From the sequence record SRR31156797_2770: a stretch of DNA of 64,000 bases. One strand, written 5' to 3'. The first letter of the stretch is position 1, and every line of letters starts with the position of its first letter. The notes under the pieces were generated by a model. It made no database searches. It saw only the letters and a list, made by a program, of their open reading frames with translations, and was not told the DNA's origin. Shown piece by piece: positions 43,412 through 54,319 of this stretch. Both the position numbers and the translations under genes were made by a program.

Positions 43412-44215
43412 CTAATAGTCATTCAAGATATCGCCTAGAGGGTCGCCAGTGTTGCTGCCGCCGCCTCCATTTGATGATCCGCCCATTTTAGTTAGGTTCA
43501 AGTAGATCAATGCGATTGCTACTGCCAAGGCACCGATAGCGATCAATGTCAATTGAGAGATAGCTGCGATTACGAAACCGATAATAAAGAATGGCCATAC
43601 TTCGCGAGTTGCCATCATGTTGATAACCATTGCGTAACCAACGGCAACAACCATACCACCACCGATAGCCATACCATCAGTTAACCATGCAGGCATTGAT
43701 TCTAAGAAGTTTTGAACAGTTGCAGCAGGGATAGCCAACAATGCAGCTGCAGGAATCGCAATACGAACCCCTTGCATACATACAGCGATCACGTGCCACA
43801 TTTCGATTTTACGAATGTTGCCTTCTTCAGCAGCAGCATCCATAAAGTGAACGATTGGCACAGCCAATGTACGAACGATCATTGTCAAGAACAACCCAGC
43901 AACAGCTAGAGGGATCGCAACGGCAATCGCTGTATCAACACCAGCAGTTCCTTGTCCACCTAAAACTAAAATAATTGCAGATGCGACAGACGCCAATGCA
44001 GCATCAGGTGCAACAGCGGCACCGATATTTGCCCATCCAAGTGCGATCATTTGTAATGATCCGCCCAAAATGATACATGCTTCCAAATTACCGGTCACTA
44101 AACCGATCAAAGTACACGCGATTAGCGGTTGATGGAATTGGAATTCATCCAAGATCCCTTCCATACCAGCTAAAAAGGCAACGAGTACTACTAATACCAT
44201 AGATATAATAGTCAT
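43412..44215 (-). CDS. mptC: Mannose-family PTS EIIC
   Basis: DEFQFHQPL, NIGAAVAPD, AVGYAMVI. Confidence 0.93.
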   Translation of the reverse strand: MTIISMVLVVLVAFLAGMEGILDEFQFHQPLIACTLIGLVTGNLEACIILGGSLQMIALGWANIGAAVAPDAALASVASAIILVLGGQGTAGVDTAIAVAIPLAVAGLFLTMIVRTLAVPIVHFMDAAAEEGNIRKIEMWHVIAVCMQGVRIAIPAAALLAIPAATVQNFLESMPAWLTDGMAIGGGMVVAVGYAMVINMMATREVWPFFIIGFVIAAISQLTLIAIGALAVAIALIYLNLTKMGGSSNGGGGSNTGDPLGDILNDY

Positions 44216-44245
44216 GATAGACCTCCTATTTAGTTGAATACGTTT

Positions 44246-45238
44246 CTATTTATTTGCCAATTCATTTTTGGCTTTGCGTAAGATTTCATCCATGTTGTCT
44301 CGAGAGTCATTTGGTACTTTACGCACATCGAATTTGATGCCGCGTTCTTTCAAATCTTCAAATGTATTCACATCATCTGTACCCATCGACAATACTTTAC
44401 TTACAACAACTTTCCCAACAGAGTGAGCCATTGAACCAACGTTCACTTCAGTTATATCAACGCCACCTTCAACAGCACGTAATACATCTTGTGGGTTTTC
44501 AAATAATAGTAAAGCTTTCGTATTCCCGAAACGAGGGTCTTTAGAAACTTCAATCATTTTGTCCACTGGAATGACGTTCGCTTTTACTCCTGGAGGAGCT
44601 GCTTGTTCGATCAGTTTTTTACGCAAGTCATCTTTTGCCACCGCGTCAGAAACAACGATGATCCGAGATGGATTCACTGATTTTGTCCAAGCTGTAGCAA
44701 CTTGACCATGCAACAAACGTGAATCGACACGAGCAAGTACGATTTTGATTTTGCCATCGCCTAGAACAGTTCCCGGAGGAAGTGATCCTTTAGGTTGATC
44801 GTCTTGCACTGCTTTTGGTGCTGAAGCTTCTTCTGGTTCAAGTTCTTCTGGTTTGACCTTGACCCCTTCTTTAGCTGTTTCAACGATATGCGCAGCAATT
44901 TCATGCGCTGTATTCATTGAAAAACGTGAAGCATAGGCTTCGATCACCATTGGTAAATTCATACCAGCAACGATTGCCCATTTGTCTTTGTGATCTTCAA
45001 ACAAGCTGTTCGCTTGGTTGAAAGGAGTACCACCCCAAAGATCAACTAAGAATAATACTTCTTCTTGATCGTCAAATGTAGCAATTGCTTCTTGCATTTT
45101 TGCCTTGATGTCATCTGGACCTTCACTTGGCATCAATGTAACAGCTTTAACATTTTCTTGTTCGCCGAAGATCATTGAACCAGATTGCAAAATGCCGTTA
45201 GCAAATTCTCCATGACTTGCTAGGATAATTCCTACCAT
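44246..45238 (-). CDS. mptA: Mannose-family PTS EIIAB
   Basis: ASHG, DLWGGTPFN, RVDSRLLHGQV. Confidence 0.93.
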   Translation of the reverse strand: MVGIILASHGEFANGILQSGSMIFGEQENVKAVTLMPSEGPDDIKAKMQEAIATFDDQEEVLFLVDLWGGTPFNQANSLFEDHKDKWAIVAGMNLPMVIEAYASRFSMNTAHEIAAHIVETAKEGVKVKPEELEPEEASAPKAVQDDQPKGSLPPGTVLGDGKIKIVLARVDSRLLHGQVATAWTKSVNPSRIIVVSDAVAKDDLRKKLIEQAAPPGVKANVIPVDKMIEVSKDPRFGNTKALLLFENPQDVLRAVEGGVDITEVNVGSMAHSVGKVVVSKVLSMGTDDVNTFEDLKERGIKFDVRKVPNDSRDNMDEILRKAKNELANK

Positions 45239-45306
45239 CTTTTTACCTCCTATATCAAAATTGAAAAATGTGACACGAATACGAAAGAAAAAACAACATC
45301 GAAAAA

Positions 45307-45807
45307 CTAAGGGTGACTACCTTCTTTTTCCAAAATATCCTTCAAAAAGATTTTACGATCAGCTGGAACTTTGCGTATCTCCACTTCAATGCCTTGGTTT
45401 TGCAAGTAAAGCAATGAAGCAAGATCTTGATCATTGACTGACACGAAATTAGTGATCATTCGTTTTCCCATTGAAAAACTCATACCGCCGATATTGACGG
45501 AACGAATGTCAATGCCTCCTTTAACCAGAGTCACGACATCTTGAGGGTTGGTAAATAATAACATGACTTTTTGCGTATTAAATAATGTGTTATGCGCCAC
45601 CTCAAGCATTTTCGCTACTGTCACCACATTGGATTTGATCCCTGGTGGAGCAGCTTCTTTCAAGAGAAACTTTCGTAATTGGTCATTTGCGACTTCATCA
45701 CTGACCACGATGATTCGATTGATACCAGTCATTTTCGACCAAGCTGTGGCGACCTGACCATGAATCAACCGATCGTCGATTCGGGCAAGACGTATATCCA
45801 TTCCCAT
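45307..45807 (-). CDS. mptB: Mannose-family PTS EIIB
   Basis: RIDDRLIHGQV. Confidence 0.9.
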   Translation of the reverse strand: MGMDIRLARIDDRLIHGQVATAWSKMTGINRIIVVSDEVANDQLRKFLLKEAAPPGIKSNVVTVAKMLEVAHNTLFNTQKVMLLFTNPQDVVTLVKGGIDIRSVNIGGMSFSMGKRMITNFVSVNDQDLASLLYLQNQGIEVEIRKVPADRKIFLKDILEKEGSHP

Positions 45808-45893
45808 TGTGCAAGCCTCCTACATCCATCGATCCGCTTTTCATATTGAGGATCTGTTCTTTTTTCAATCACCTCCTGTATCCACTTATATAG

Positions 45894-45911
45894 AAGCAAG
45901 AAGCGTGCCAA
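45894..45911 (-). promoter_or_regulatory. Sigma54 (-24/-12) promoter of the mpt operon
   Basis: Minus strand TTGGCACGCTTCTTGCTT. Confidence 0.9.
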
Positions 45912-45919
45912 GTTTTTCC

Positions 45920-46013
45920 GATACACTATTCTTGAAAAAACCTTAAGAATCAGCATTCAGATAATACACTAAAAAAGATACACTAAAAAATACTGTATCT
46001 TTTTTAGTGTATC
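45920..46013. repeat. Four ATACACTA repeats (three direct, one inverted); probable activator UAS and mptR terminator
   Basis: ATACACTA at 45921, 45964, 45978; TAGTGTAT at 46005. Confidence 0.6.
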
Positions 46014-46030
46014 TGTATTATTTGTAAGAA

Positions 46031-48853
46031 TTAAAAATACATTTCTTTTTCGTGATGGTTTTTGATCAGCTCTAGCAGATAGTACTCTTCAGTCTTAGGC
46101 ACTTCGATATTCATCAAGCGTGAAAACGATTGGACATGCACATGCAATTGGCCATAAAGCGGATTCTCCTCCATCGCTGCTAAATCAATTTCAGAAACAG
46201 TCAATGGCTGCCGCAGTAAGATCCGCTCCAGCATACCTGCGCCATGCATCACAAAATTGATCTGAAAGCCTTGCTGCGCCCCTACCAAATCCAAATCGTG
46301 AATGATCTCTTCGCCAAATTTCCACAACGGCTCTACTACTTTTTTCGCATTGACATAGGTAAAGTTTTCCTCTAAATACCGGATACAGATTTCTTTCGCC
46401 TGCCGATCATCTAGCTGTACTTCATCTTCAAAACTCAAATCATTCTCTAATAGGATATCATCCAACAAAAGATCAACATCTTGGTCAATAAAACGTTCTA
46501 ATGAAATAAACGGTGCGTCGATATGGGGATCGATGATCCCTGTTGCGGCAATCAGACGGTAGCGCTGTTGAATCTGATCCAAGTCCGTCCTCAGATCCGC
46601 CACCGATAACGTCACCACTTCGACATTTTGGTTTTGACGTTTTGACAATGAGCTTTGGATCAATTCTTTGATGCGCTGCGCCGTTCCCTTTCCCGAAGCG
46701 CAGACCGCTAGAATCGCTTTAGGATGGTGGTTTTGTGTCACTGGTTCTTCCACAGTGACCGCTCCATATCCGCGGAACTTCCGTAATGAATCATAGAGCT
46801 GATCGAGGTCCGTGCCGATCACTGACGCTTTACGGACCGTCTCTAGGACGATGGAGGTGGTCACCATATCGACTGTTCGAACAGCCACACCCGTTTCTCG
46901 CTGGATTTCATTATTAAAGGTCGCTAAGGACCCCATATCGACTAAGAGGATCACCCCACTGCCATCATTGACTGCCCGTACACTATCCACGATTTTTTTC
47001 AACGCCACAGCCGGGGGCATATCTAATGGCATGTCCACCGCTGTCACTTGATCGACTTCCAGCAATTGTTTGACCACTTGTACCATGCTACTGGCTGTGC
47101 TGTTGCCGTGGGCTGCAACGACGACGCCGATTTTCCCAGAGGAATGAGAGGTTCTAAGAGAAACCAGAAGAACCGCTAAATAATAAGATTCGCTCTCAGG
47201 AATCGCCACTTGGAAACTATCACCAATAAAATCGCGGACTTCTTTGGCGACTTCAAACTCTTGAGGATAATCAGCTACCATCTGACGAATATTGTCATTG
47301 GTTTGTCGTTCTTCTCCCAAATGGATTTTTTTCAAAAACGAGCTGATGTGTAAGCTCATGGCATAGATGAAATTTTGCTGAAAATCATAATTTAAGCGTT
47401 GTCGAACCAGCTCATAGATTTGATTTGTTACACTGATCACTTTCTGATCGACGAATTCACTTAATTTATTGACCGAGTTAAAGGAAAACCCGTGATCTTT
47501 ATAAAAAGACTTTAGGTGAACATTGATATCTGTTGAGATAAAATGATTGATCGCTTCTTGATCTAACCCATCTGCTTTTAGCAGAGCAGCCTTGTCGCCG
47601 ATAATATCGTAAAGATTATAAGGCAATTCATAGGAATCTGATTGAATATTGTTTAAGTTTTGATTCGGTTGAATGCTGATCTTCGGTTCAAGGATCTTAG
47701 AAAGCTCTGCCAGCTCATTGCGGCGATTCCCCAAAACGATCAATCCTGAACGAATCCCTTCTGGCAAATCGATCAAATCGATTTCAATCTCATCTTGTTG
47801 CATATGATTCAAAAAGCCCCGTGCACAGACTAGCTGGACATTGGATTTCAATTGACCGATATTCCCAAAACTGACACTGCCGATCAACGCTTTGACCACA
47901 TCTTCTGTCAAGGAGATCGTCCGCTGAATACGGGTCGCCTCTTGCCCGACTAATACCCGAACGAGATCGACTTTTTCTGATGCGGGTCGTTTCTCAAAAA
48001 AGGGCAGTTGAATATTGATGGGAATGCGTCGGGTAAAGGTATCTAATAGCGTTGAGTTGGGGTCTTCGGTAGTAGCACCAACGATTCGGACATTCGCTTG
48101 ATGATTTTTGCCCGTCTCTCCTAGACGGCTAAAGGTTCCATGATCCATAAAGTAAAAAATCATTTCTTGCCCTTCTGGCGGTAATCGATGGATCTCATCG
48201 AGAAACAACATACTCTCATCCGCTTGATCAATAATACCAATCTTCTCTTGATCGGCACCCGTAAATGCCCCCCGTACATAACCAAACAAATGGCTCATCA
48301 AAAGCTCTGGGTTATTTGCATAGTCCGCACAGTTAAAGACGATCAATTCTTTGTCATCGGCAATTACTTGATTGCTTTTGGCAAACTGGAACATCGCATG
48401 GGCAAAGTACGTTTTCCCAGAACCAGTAGGCCCTGTGATCAAGCAGTTTAGCCCTTTCGGCGGATACAAGATCGCTGCTTTCGCCTGCTCAACAGCGTTT
48501 TTCATACTTCCGTTGGCACCGATGATCGTCGCAAAAATATCTCGGTCAGAGGGTTTTCCTTGTACTCGTTGAGGGAAGGCTTTTTCTCTTTGCGGGCGAC
48601 TTTCTTTGTAGCTTGGGACATACTTTTCCTTACTGCTGGGATCGACCCCTGCCGCCCAATAACGAACAGGCCGCGAGTCGCTTTTTTCGACGCGCCCTTC
48701 TTTAACAAGCTTATTTAAATCCTTACTGGCATTACTGCGCTGAATGGCTAAATGATCGGCAACTTCTGAAGTAGACAACCCCTTCTTTTCCCCTAAGCCG
48801 CTCATCGTATTTTCGACGATATATTGATAAATCCGTTCGATTCGCTTGCCCAA
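46031..48853 (-). CDS. mptR: LevR-type sigma54-dependent activator (HTH, AAA+, PRD, EIIA/EIIB-like domains)
   Basis: GPTGSGKT, GAFTGA, FLDEIHRL, AHGNSTASS. Confidence 0.92.
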   Translation of the reverse strand: MGKRIERIYQYIVENTMSGLGEKKGLSTSEVADHLAIQRSNASKDLNKLVKEGRVEKSDSRPVRYWAAGVDPSSKEKYVPSYKESRPQREKAFPQRVQGKPSDRDIFATIIGANGSMKNAVEQAKAAILYPPKGLNCLITGPTGSGKTYFAHAMFQFAKSNQVIADDKELIVFNCADYANNPELLMSHLFGYVRGAFTGADQEKIGIIDQADESMLFLDEIHRLPPEGQEMIFYFMDHGTFSRLGETGKNHQANVRIVGATTEDPNSTLLDTFTRRIPINIQLPFFEKRPASEKVDLVRVLVGQEATRIQRTISLTEDVVKALIGSVSFGNIGQLKSNVQLVCARGFLNHMQQDEIEIDLIDLPEGIRSGLIVLGNRRNELAELSKILEPKISIQPNQNLNNIQSDSYELPYNLYDIIGDKAALLKADGLDQEAINHFISTDINVHLKSFYKDHGFSFNSVNKLSEFVDQKVISVTNQIYELVRQRLNYDFQQNFIYAMSLHISSFLKKIHLGEERQTNDNIRQMVADYPQEFEVAKEVRDFIGDSFQVAIPESESYYLAVLLVSLRTSHSSGKIGVVVAAHGNSTASSMVQVVKQLLEVDQVTAVDMPLDMPPAVALKKIVDSVRAVNDGSGVILLVDMGSLATFNNEIQRETGVAVRTVDMVTTSIVLETVRKASVIGTDLDQLYDSLRKFRGYGAVTVEEPVTQNHHPKAILAVCASGKGTAQRIKELIQSSLSKRQNQNVEVVTLSVADLRTDLDQIQQRYRLIAATGIIDPHIDAPFISLERFIDQDVDLLLDDILLENDLSFEDEVQLDDRQAKEICIRYLEENFTYVNAKKVVEPLWKFGEEIIHDLDLVGAQQGFQINFVMHGAGMLERILLRQPLTVSEIDLAAMEENPLYGQLHVHVQSFSRLMNIEVPKTEEYYLLELIKNHHEKEMYF

Positions 48854-49035
48854 CAGCTTCGCCTCCTTGTTTTTTCCACTTGAATACTTTACTCATTTTT
48901 CTATAAAAAAGCAACTTTTTTTCCACACAGAAAAAGCAAAATACTTTGTTCGAAAGAATAATAGAACGTCCTTTCACATGCTACTCTCAGCATAAAGCAT
49001 TTTGCCAAAAAAAGATATTCAAAAGTCAGGATGTG

Positions 49036-49569
49036 TTAGGCTTTTTCATTGGGAATGAACGTTGGCACCTGGTCTGGAAATCGTTGCAGTTCTTTTTGCA
49101 TCCAAATCACATCGTGCCATTGATTGAACTTATAGCCGACATGCGAAAAATCAGCAACTTTCCGATACCCAAGCTTCTCATGAAAAGCCTCGCTTTGTTG
49201 ATTGCCTCCTGTAATACACGCAGTCAGATTGACCACGTTTTGCGCTTTTAGTTTTTCTTCAAGCCCTTGATAAAGAGCGGTGCCGAGCCCTTTTGCTTTG
49301 GCATCCGGCGCTAAATAAACGGTTACTTCAACGGTCCAATCATACGCCGCCCGTTCTTTATAGGCTGACGCATAGGCATAACCGACAATTTCACCAGCCT
49401 CTTCTGCAACGAGATACGGGTAGCGTTTCAAGGTCTTGGCGATGCGTTCCGCGAATTCTTGAACCGATGGCACCTCCGTTTCAAAGGTAATCGGTGTATT
49501 TTCTACATAATAAGCATAGATTGCTGTCAAGGCTTGGGCATCTGCAATCGTGGCAGAACGTATCGTCAT
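49036..49569 (-). CDS. GNAT N-acetyltransferase (phosphinothricin/methionine sulfoximine acetyltransferase-like)
   Basis: ITFETE, GYAYAS, RAAYDW, VGYKFNQWHDV. Confidence 0.82.
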   Translation of the reverse strand: MTIRSATIADAQALTAIYAYYVENTPITFETEVPSVQEFAERIAKTLKRYPYLVAEEAGEIVGYAYASAYKERAAYDWTVEVTVYLAPDAKAKGLGTALYQGLEEKLKAQNVVNLTACITGGNQQSEAFHEKLGYRKVADFSHVGYKFNQWHDVIWMQKELQRFPDQVPTFIPNEKA

Positions 49570-49665
49570 AGAACCCCTTCTTTCAGTAAATTTTTTCCCA
49601 GTATACTCTTTCTGAATAAAAAAAACAATCCGCTTTTGACGGATCGTTTCCTAGTTATGAATGAT

Positions 49666-50574
49666 TTAGCGGGCTTTTTCAACTCCGCAATACACGGTAA
49701 GATGTTGCGGCAGCACCGCTACTGTGATTGGCAATTCCGGCCCTGGATCACCATCGACATTCGTTTCGATCGTTGCCCCATCCGTCAAACGAATCGTTGC
49801 TTTATCAAAAGTTTGATAACCAAGAACATCATTTGATTCCGTAACTCCTTTGAGAAGCTCAGGCACGCTTTTGACAGTTTCCCAAAGATTCGTATCCTTT
49901 AAGTAGATCAGATGTAATTTGCCGTCATCGGTACTCGCTTTAGGCAAAAGAGATTCGAAACCGCCGATCGTATTGGATGAACCAACGATCATCGTACTGC
50001 TTTCCACAGCGATCGTCGTTTTTTCGCCATTATTTTCGGCGGTCACTTCAAACGGATGACTTTCATTTTTCCGCACTTCCCGTAGACCAGAAACAAAATA
50101 GGCCATTTTTCCCAGCTTGGTTTTTTCTTCAACTTCCACATTGTTGATCGCCGCTGGAATCATACCAATCGCCACTACATTGGTAAAATAGTCTTGATTA
50201 ACCTGCCCAATATCGATTTTGCGGGTGTGATCCACTGCAAATGATTCGATGGCTTCCTTGGGATCTAGTGGAATCGCTAATGCTCTGGCTAAATCATTTA
50301 CTGTGCCCAGCGGGAAGAAACCGAAATTTGGTCGTTTGTCATGAGGAGCTAAGCCATTGACTGCTTCATTGACGGTACCATCACCGCCCATTGCGAAGAC
50401 ACTGTCAAATTCTGCTGCTGCCTCAGAGGCAAAACGTGTAGCATCTCCTTCTTTTTCGGTATGTTTGACAACGACTTCTGAAAAAGCTTCCCGCAGCTTT
50501 TCTTCTGCCATCTCCTCAAATTCTTTCGCTTGTTCCCCACCAGAACTTGGATTGACGATCAATAATGCTTTCAT
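49666..50574 (-). CDS. YegS/DgkB-family lipid kinase
   Basis: NPSSG, GGDGTVNE, PLGTVNDLAR, NVDGD. Confidence 0.88.
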   Translation of the reverse strand: MKALLIVNPSSGGEQAKEFEEMAEEKLREAFSEVVVKHTEKEGDATRFASEAAAEFDSVFAMGGDGTVNEAVNGLAPHDKRPNFGFFPLGTVNDLARALAIPLDPKEAIESFAVDHTRKIDIGQVNQDYFTNVVAIGMIPAAINNVEVEEKTKLGKMAYFVSGLREVRKNESHPFEVTAENNGEKTTIAVESSTMIVGSSNTIGGFESLLPKASTDDGKLHLIYLKDTNLWETVKSVPELLKGVTESNDVLGYQTFDKATIRLTDGATIETNVDGDPGPELPITVAVLPQHLTVYCGVEKAR

Positions 50575-50719
50575 AAAACAGCCTCCTTGTTTGGGTTCAT
50601 TTTCTATGAATCCAGTATAACAAGTTTCACGAAACCTGTCTTAAACGACATCCGCCTATCCGCTGCAAAAAAACACAGCCTATGCAGATTGTGTTTTTTC
50701 GAGTACGCACTTCCTTTTA

Positions 50720-51511
50720 TTAAACCAATCGTTTACGCAAGCGCCCAGAAATAAAATCAATGATCGTGACCGTCACAACGATCCCTAATAAAATGATTCC
50801 TACACGGCTCCATGATCGCGCATTGATGGCAAAGATCATCGGCGTACCGATCCCACCTGCCCCTACGATCCCTAAGATCGAAGCTGAACGGACAGCCAGT
50901 TCAAAACGATACAAGGTAAAAGAAAGAAATTCTGGAATCAGTTGTGGCAATGTCGCAAAGCCTAACACATCCCAACGATTTCCTCCCGCACTAACGACCG
51001 ATTCTGAAGGACCGTGATCCATGTTCTCGATCGCTTCGCTATAGAGTTTCGCCAACATCCCAATGGAATGGACACTAACTGCCAAAACACCAGCAAAGGA
51101 TCCGGGACCCACTGTTTTGATGAACATGATCGCTAAGACGATTTCTGGAAACGTTCGAATCGCCGTCAGCACGATTTTACCGAAACCTGATAGCCAGCGA
51201 GGGCTGTTTTTGCTGCGCGCCGCCCAAAAGGCAAAAGGAATACTTAATATTGAGGATAAAAACGTACCCACAAAGGCGATCGCAACGGTTTCGATCATCA
51301 AACTGATCAAATCTTCGCCATCACCGGTATAAACATAGCCCCAATCAGGATGGATCAGGCCATAAAAGATTGAGCCGACAATTTGACCGACATTTTCTTT
51401 AACGCCGGCAAAAGGTATACCAGCGAAAGCCCAAATATAAAGGAGGATAACGACTACTGCGATCAGCCAATTCCATATTTTTTTCTTTTTCGGTTCTGCT
51501 GGCAACATCAT
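50720..51511 (-). CDS. phnE: Phosphonate ABC permease
   Basis: IRTFPEIV, KLYSEAIE, YRFELAVRSASILG. Confidence 0.9.
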   Translation of the reverse strand: MMLPAEPKKKKIWNWLIAVVVILLYIWAFAGIPFAGVKENVGQIVGSIFYGLIHPDWGYVYTGDGEDLISLMIETVAIAFVGTFLSSILSIPFAFWAARSKNSPRWLSGFGKIVLTAIRTFPEIVLAIMFIKTVGPGSFAGVLAVSVHSIGMLAKLYSEAIENMDHGPSESVVSAGGNRWDVLGFATLPQLIPEFLSFTLYRFELAVRSASILGIVGAGGIGTPMIFAINARSWSRVGIILLGIVVTVTIIDFISGRLRKRLV

Positions 51512-52290
51512 AACAATCGCTCCCTTAATCTATTACTGATGGTATCAATCACCAAAACAACTGCAAAAATCACTAAGACGATAATCGACGTCTGGTCATA
51601 TCGAAATTGGCTTAAAGATCGTTGTAAGAAAACACCGATTCCGCCTGCGCCGATATACCCAAGAATCGTCGATGCCCGCACATTGATCTCAAAGGCATAA
51701 AGCAAGTAACTAAGAAAATGGCTCATGACTTGCGGTACGACTGCATAGCGGATGATGTCAAACTTCGATCCTCCAGAAGCCGTGATTGCTTCGATCGGAC
51801 CTTCATCAATCGTTTCAATCGATTCATAAAACAATTTGGTGATCATCCCAAAAGAAAACACAGAGATGGAGATCACCCCGGCAACGGGACCGATTCCGAC
51901 AATGGCAACAAATAAAGCCGCCAGCATCAAATCAGGTACCGTCCGAATGATATTCAAAACAAAACGGAAACAACCGCTGATCCAATGATTCGTCATGATA
52001 TTTCGTGCTGCTAAAAGTGAAAACGGAAAAGCCGCCAGTGCACCAAAGGTCGTGCCGATGATCGCCATTTGGATCGTTTGTAAAATCGGCTCTACAATGA
52101 TTTTGGCATATGCCCAATCAGGATGAGCCATCTTTTGTAAAATGACATTCATTTGACTGCTATTGCTAAAGAACCGTGCCAAATCAACGCCTGAAATAGA
52201 GCCGCTAACGAACAATACCACTAAAAAAATGACGAGCCAAAGAACATTTTTCCATAGTCCGCTGCGTTTCGGCAACGTATTTGTCGTCAT
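51508..52290 (-). CDS. phnE: Phosphonate ABC permease
   Basis: [27 protein letters not shown]. Confidence 0.9.
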   Translation of the reverse strand: MTTNTLPKRSGLWKNVLWLVIFLVVLFVSGSISGVDLARFFSNSSQMNVILQKMAHPDWAYAKIIVEPILQTIQMAIIGTTFGALAAFPFSLLAARNIMTNHWISGCFRFVLNIIRTVPDLMLAALFVAIVGIGPVAGVISISVFSFGMITKLFYESIETIDEGPIEAITASGGSKFDIIRYAVVPQVMSHFLSYLLYAFEINVRASTILGYIGAGGIGVFLQRSLSQFRYDQTSIIVLVIFAVVLVIDTISNRLRERLL

Positions 52291-53075
52291 TGTCCTGCCC
52301 CTTCCTGCTCTTCTATGATCTCGCTGCCATAAATCTGTTTCAATCGCTGATCGGTCGCTTCACTGACAGGGCCATCAAAAACCAAGCCTCCGTCTCGCAA
52401 CCCGATGATCCGCGTGCCGTACTCTCTTGCCAATTGGACAGAATGCAAATTGACTACGATAGTGATGCCCAGATCTTGATTGATCCGTTTTAAGTCATTC
52501 ATGACTTTTTCAGTGGTTAAAGGATCTAAGGAAGCAACCGGTTCATCCGCTAAAATAATCTTCGGCTCTTGCGTCAAAGCACGGGCAATCGAAACCCGCT
52601 GCTGCTGACCGCCAGACAATTCATCGGCTCGAGTATAGACTTTTTCTGCTAAATTGACCCGCTGCAGCGATTGATAAGCCAGCTCTTTATCCGCTTGCGG
52701 GAACAAACCAAGCAACATTTTGATCGTTGGGTGATAAGCTACTCGCCCAGTTAAGACATTTCGCAAGACACTCGAACGTTTCACCAAATTAAAGCTTTGG
52801 AAAATCATGCCAATGTCTCGACGAATCAAGCGCAACTCTCTTCCTTTTGCTTTTGTGATCGACTTGCTATCGATTAAAATCTCGCCACTCGTGATCTCGT
52901 GCAGTCGATTGATGGAGCGCAGCATCGTTGATTTTCCTGCTCCTGATAAACCCACTACGATGACAAATTCCCCTTTTTTGATATCGATGTTTAAGTCCTT
53001 CAAACCTAATACCCCATTTGGGTATCGCTTGGTCACATTCTGAAATGAAATAATCGTTTCGTTCTCTAGAGCCAT
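52287..53075 (-). CDS. phnC: Phosphonate ABC ATP-binding protein
   Basis: [22 protein letters not shown]. Confidence 0.92.
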   Translation of the reverse strand: MALENETIISFQNVTKRYPNGVLGLKDLNIDIKKGEFVIVVGLSGAGKSTMLRSINRLHEITSGEILIDSKSITKAKGRELRLIRRDIGMIFQSFNLVKRSSVLRNVLTGRVAYHPTIKMLLGLFPQADKELAYQSLQRVNLAEKVYTRADELSGGQQQRVSIARALTQEPKIILADEPVASLDPLTTEKVMNDLKRINQDLGITIVVNLHSVQLAREYGTRIIGLRDGGLVFDGPVSEATDQRLKQIYGSEIIEEQEGAGQ

Positions 53076-53170
53076 GATTCTCCTACTTTCTTTCCATTAG
53101 GTAAAAATTGCTTTCCATTCGAAAAGGGTACCTCAACTACCGGTACCCTCCCGATCTATTCATCTATTAG

Positions 53171-54109
53171 TTATTGTCCGACTTGTTCCGCATACTCTCT
53201 TACGATGTCGAAATTGCTGTCTTGTGAAACAACGTATCCTTCATGAGAGTAAATATCAGAGATGATTTGTTTTCCTTCTTCATCTTTACCGATCGCGATA
53301 AAGGCATCTTGGATTTTTTTGTCCCACTCTTCACTCATGTCGCTGCGGACACTGATCGTATCGTTCGGGATCGGTTCGGTAAAGTACATTGGTTCTACCT
53401 CATCCATGATTTCTGGGTAATCATTTTTGACCGTGTTGCGGGCATCTTCAAAAACGAACGCTGCGTCAACGTCGCCATTCAAGACAGATAAGACCGCTTG
53501 GTCATGGCCTTTGACTTGAACAGTCGTCACATCCGTATTGATATCGATGCCTGCTTTTTTCATTTCTGCTACTGGCCAAACATAACCGGCAGAAGAAGTA
53601 ACATCTTGCGTGGCAATCGTTTTGCCTTTTAAATCTTCCAACTCTTTGATATCGCTGCCGCTTTTTACGACGATCATTGAACGATAGCTATCAACCAATT
53701 CATCCGTTGATTCCCCACCAGGCTGCTTGATGCCATAACGCTGTGCTTGTAATAGCACCTTAACATTGCTTTGTTCATTTGCTAAAACATAGGCATTCGG
53801 CGGTAAAAAGCCGACATCTACTTGTTTCGAAGCCATTGCTTCGACGATTGTATTGTAGTCAGTGGAAACACTCACAGTGACTGGAATCCCCAATTCATCA
53901 CTTAATAATTGCTCAAGTGGTTTTGCTTTTGCTTCTAATGTTTCTGCTGCTTGTGATGGAACAAATTGAACGGTCAACTTTTCTGGTACATATCCTGCTT
54001 CTTCAGCCGCCGAGTCAGTACTTGCTCCACCTGAGCCACATGCCGCCAGCGTAACTGCTGCCACCAAACCTAAACCAAACATTGCCGTTTTCTTCCAAAC
54101 TTTCATCAC
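53171..54109 (-). CDS. phnD: Phosphate/phosphite/phosphonate-binding lipoprotein
   Basis: Lipobox LAAC, FVPS, SSAGYVWP, GHD, IPND. Confidence 0.9.
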   Translation of the reverse strand: MMKVWKKTAMFGLGLVAAVTLAACGSGGASTDSAAEEAGYVPEKLTVQFVPSQAAETLEAKAKPLEQLLSDELGIPVTVSVSTDYNTIVEAMASKQVDVGFLPPNAYVLANEQSNVKVLLQAQRYGIKQPGGESTDELVDSYRSMIVVKSGSDIKELEDLKGKTIATQDVTSSAGYVWPVAEMKKAGIDINTDVTTVQVKGHDQAVLSVLNGDVDAAFVFEDARNTVKNDYPEIMDEVEPMYFTEPIPNDTISVRSDMSEEWDKKIQDAFIAIGKDEEGKQIISDIYSHEGYVVSQDSNFDIVREYAEQVGQ

Positions 54110-54129
54110 TTTTTCTCCTTTTCATTAAA

Positions 54130-54242
54130 AAAATCGAACTCGCGGAATTCCGAACTTTCCTTTTTGATTATAAAAAATCAACGAACCAAAAACAATCTTT
54201 TTCGAATTACGAACGTTTTCTTTTTTGATAATGTTCGTGTTT
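54130..54242. promoter_or_regulatory. Cluster of PurBox-like (PurR) sites
   Basis: AATTCCGAACTTT (54146-54158) fits AWWWCCGAACWWT; AAACACGAACATT on minus strand (54230-54242); three more CGAAC cores. Confidence 0.65.
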
Positions 54243-54319
54243 TGACCAAAATCATTCGTGAGCACATTCTCAATAATCAACGTTTTTCGAAAGTTTCTTT
54301 CCATTTGTTCTACTTCCTC

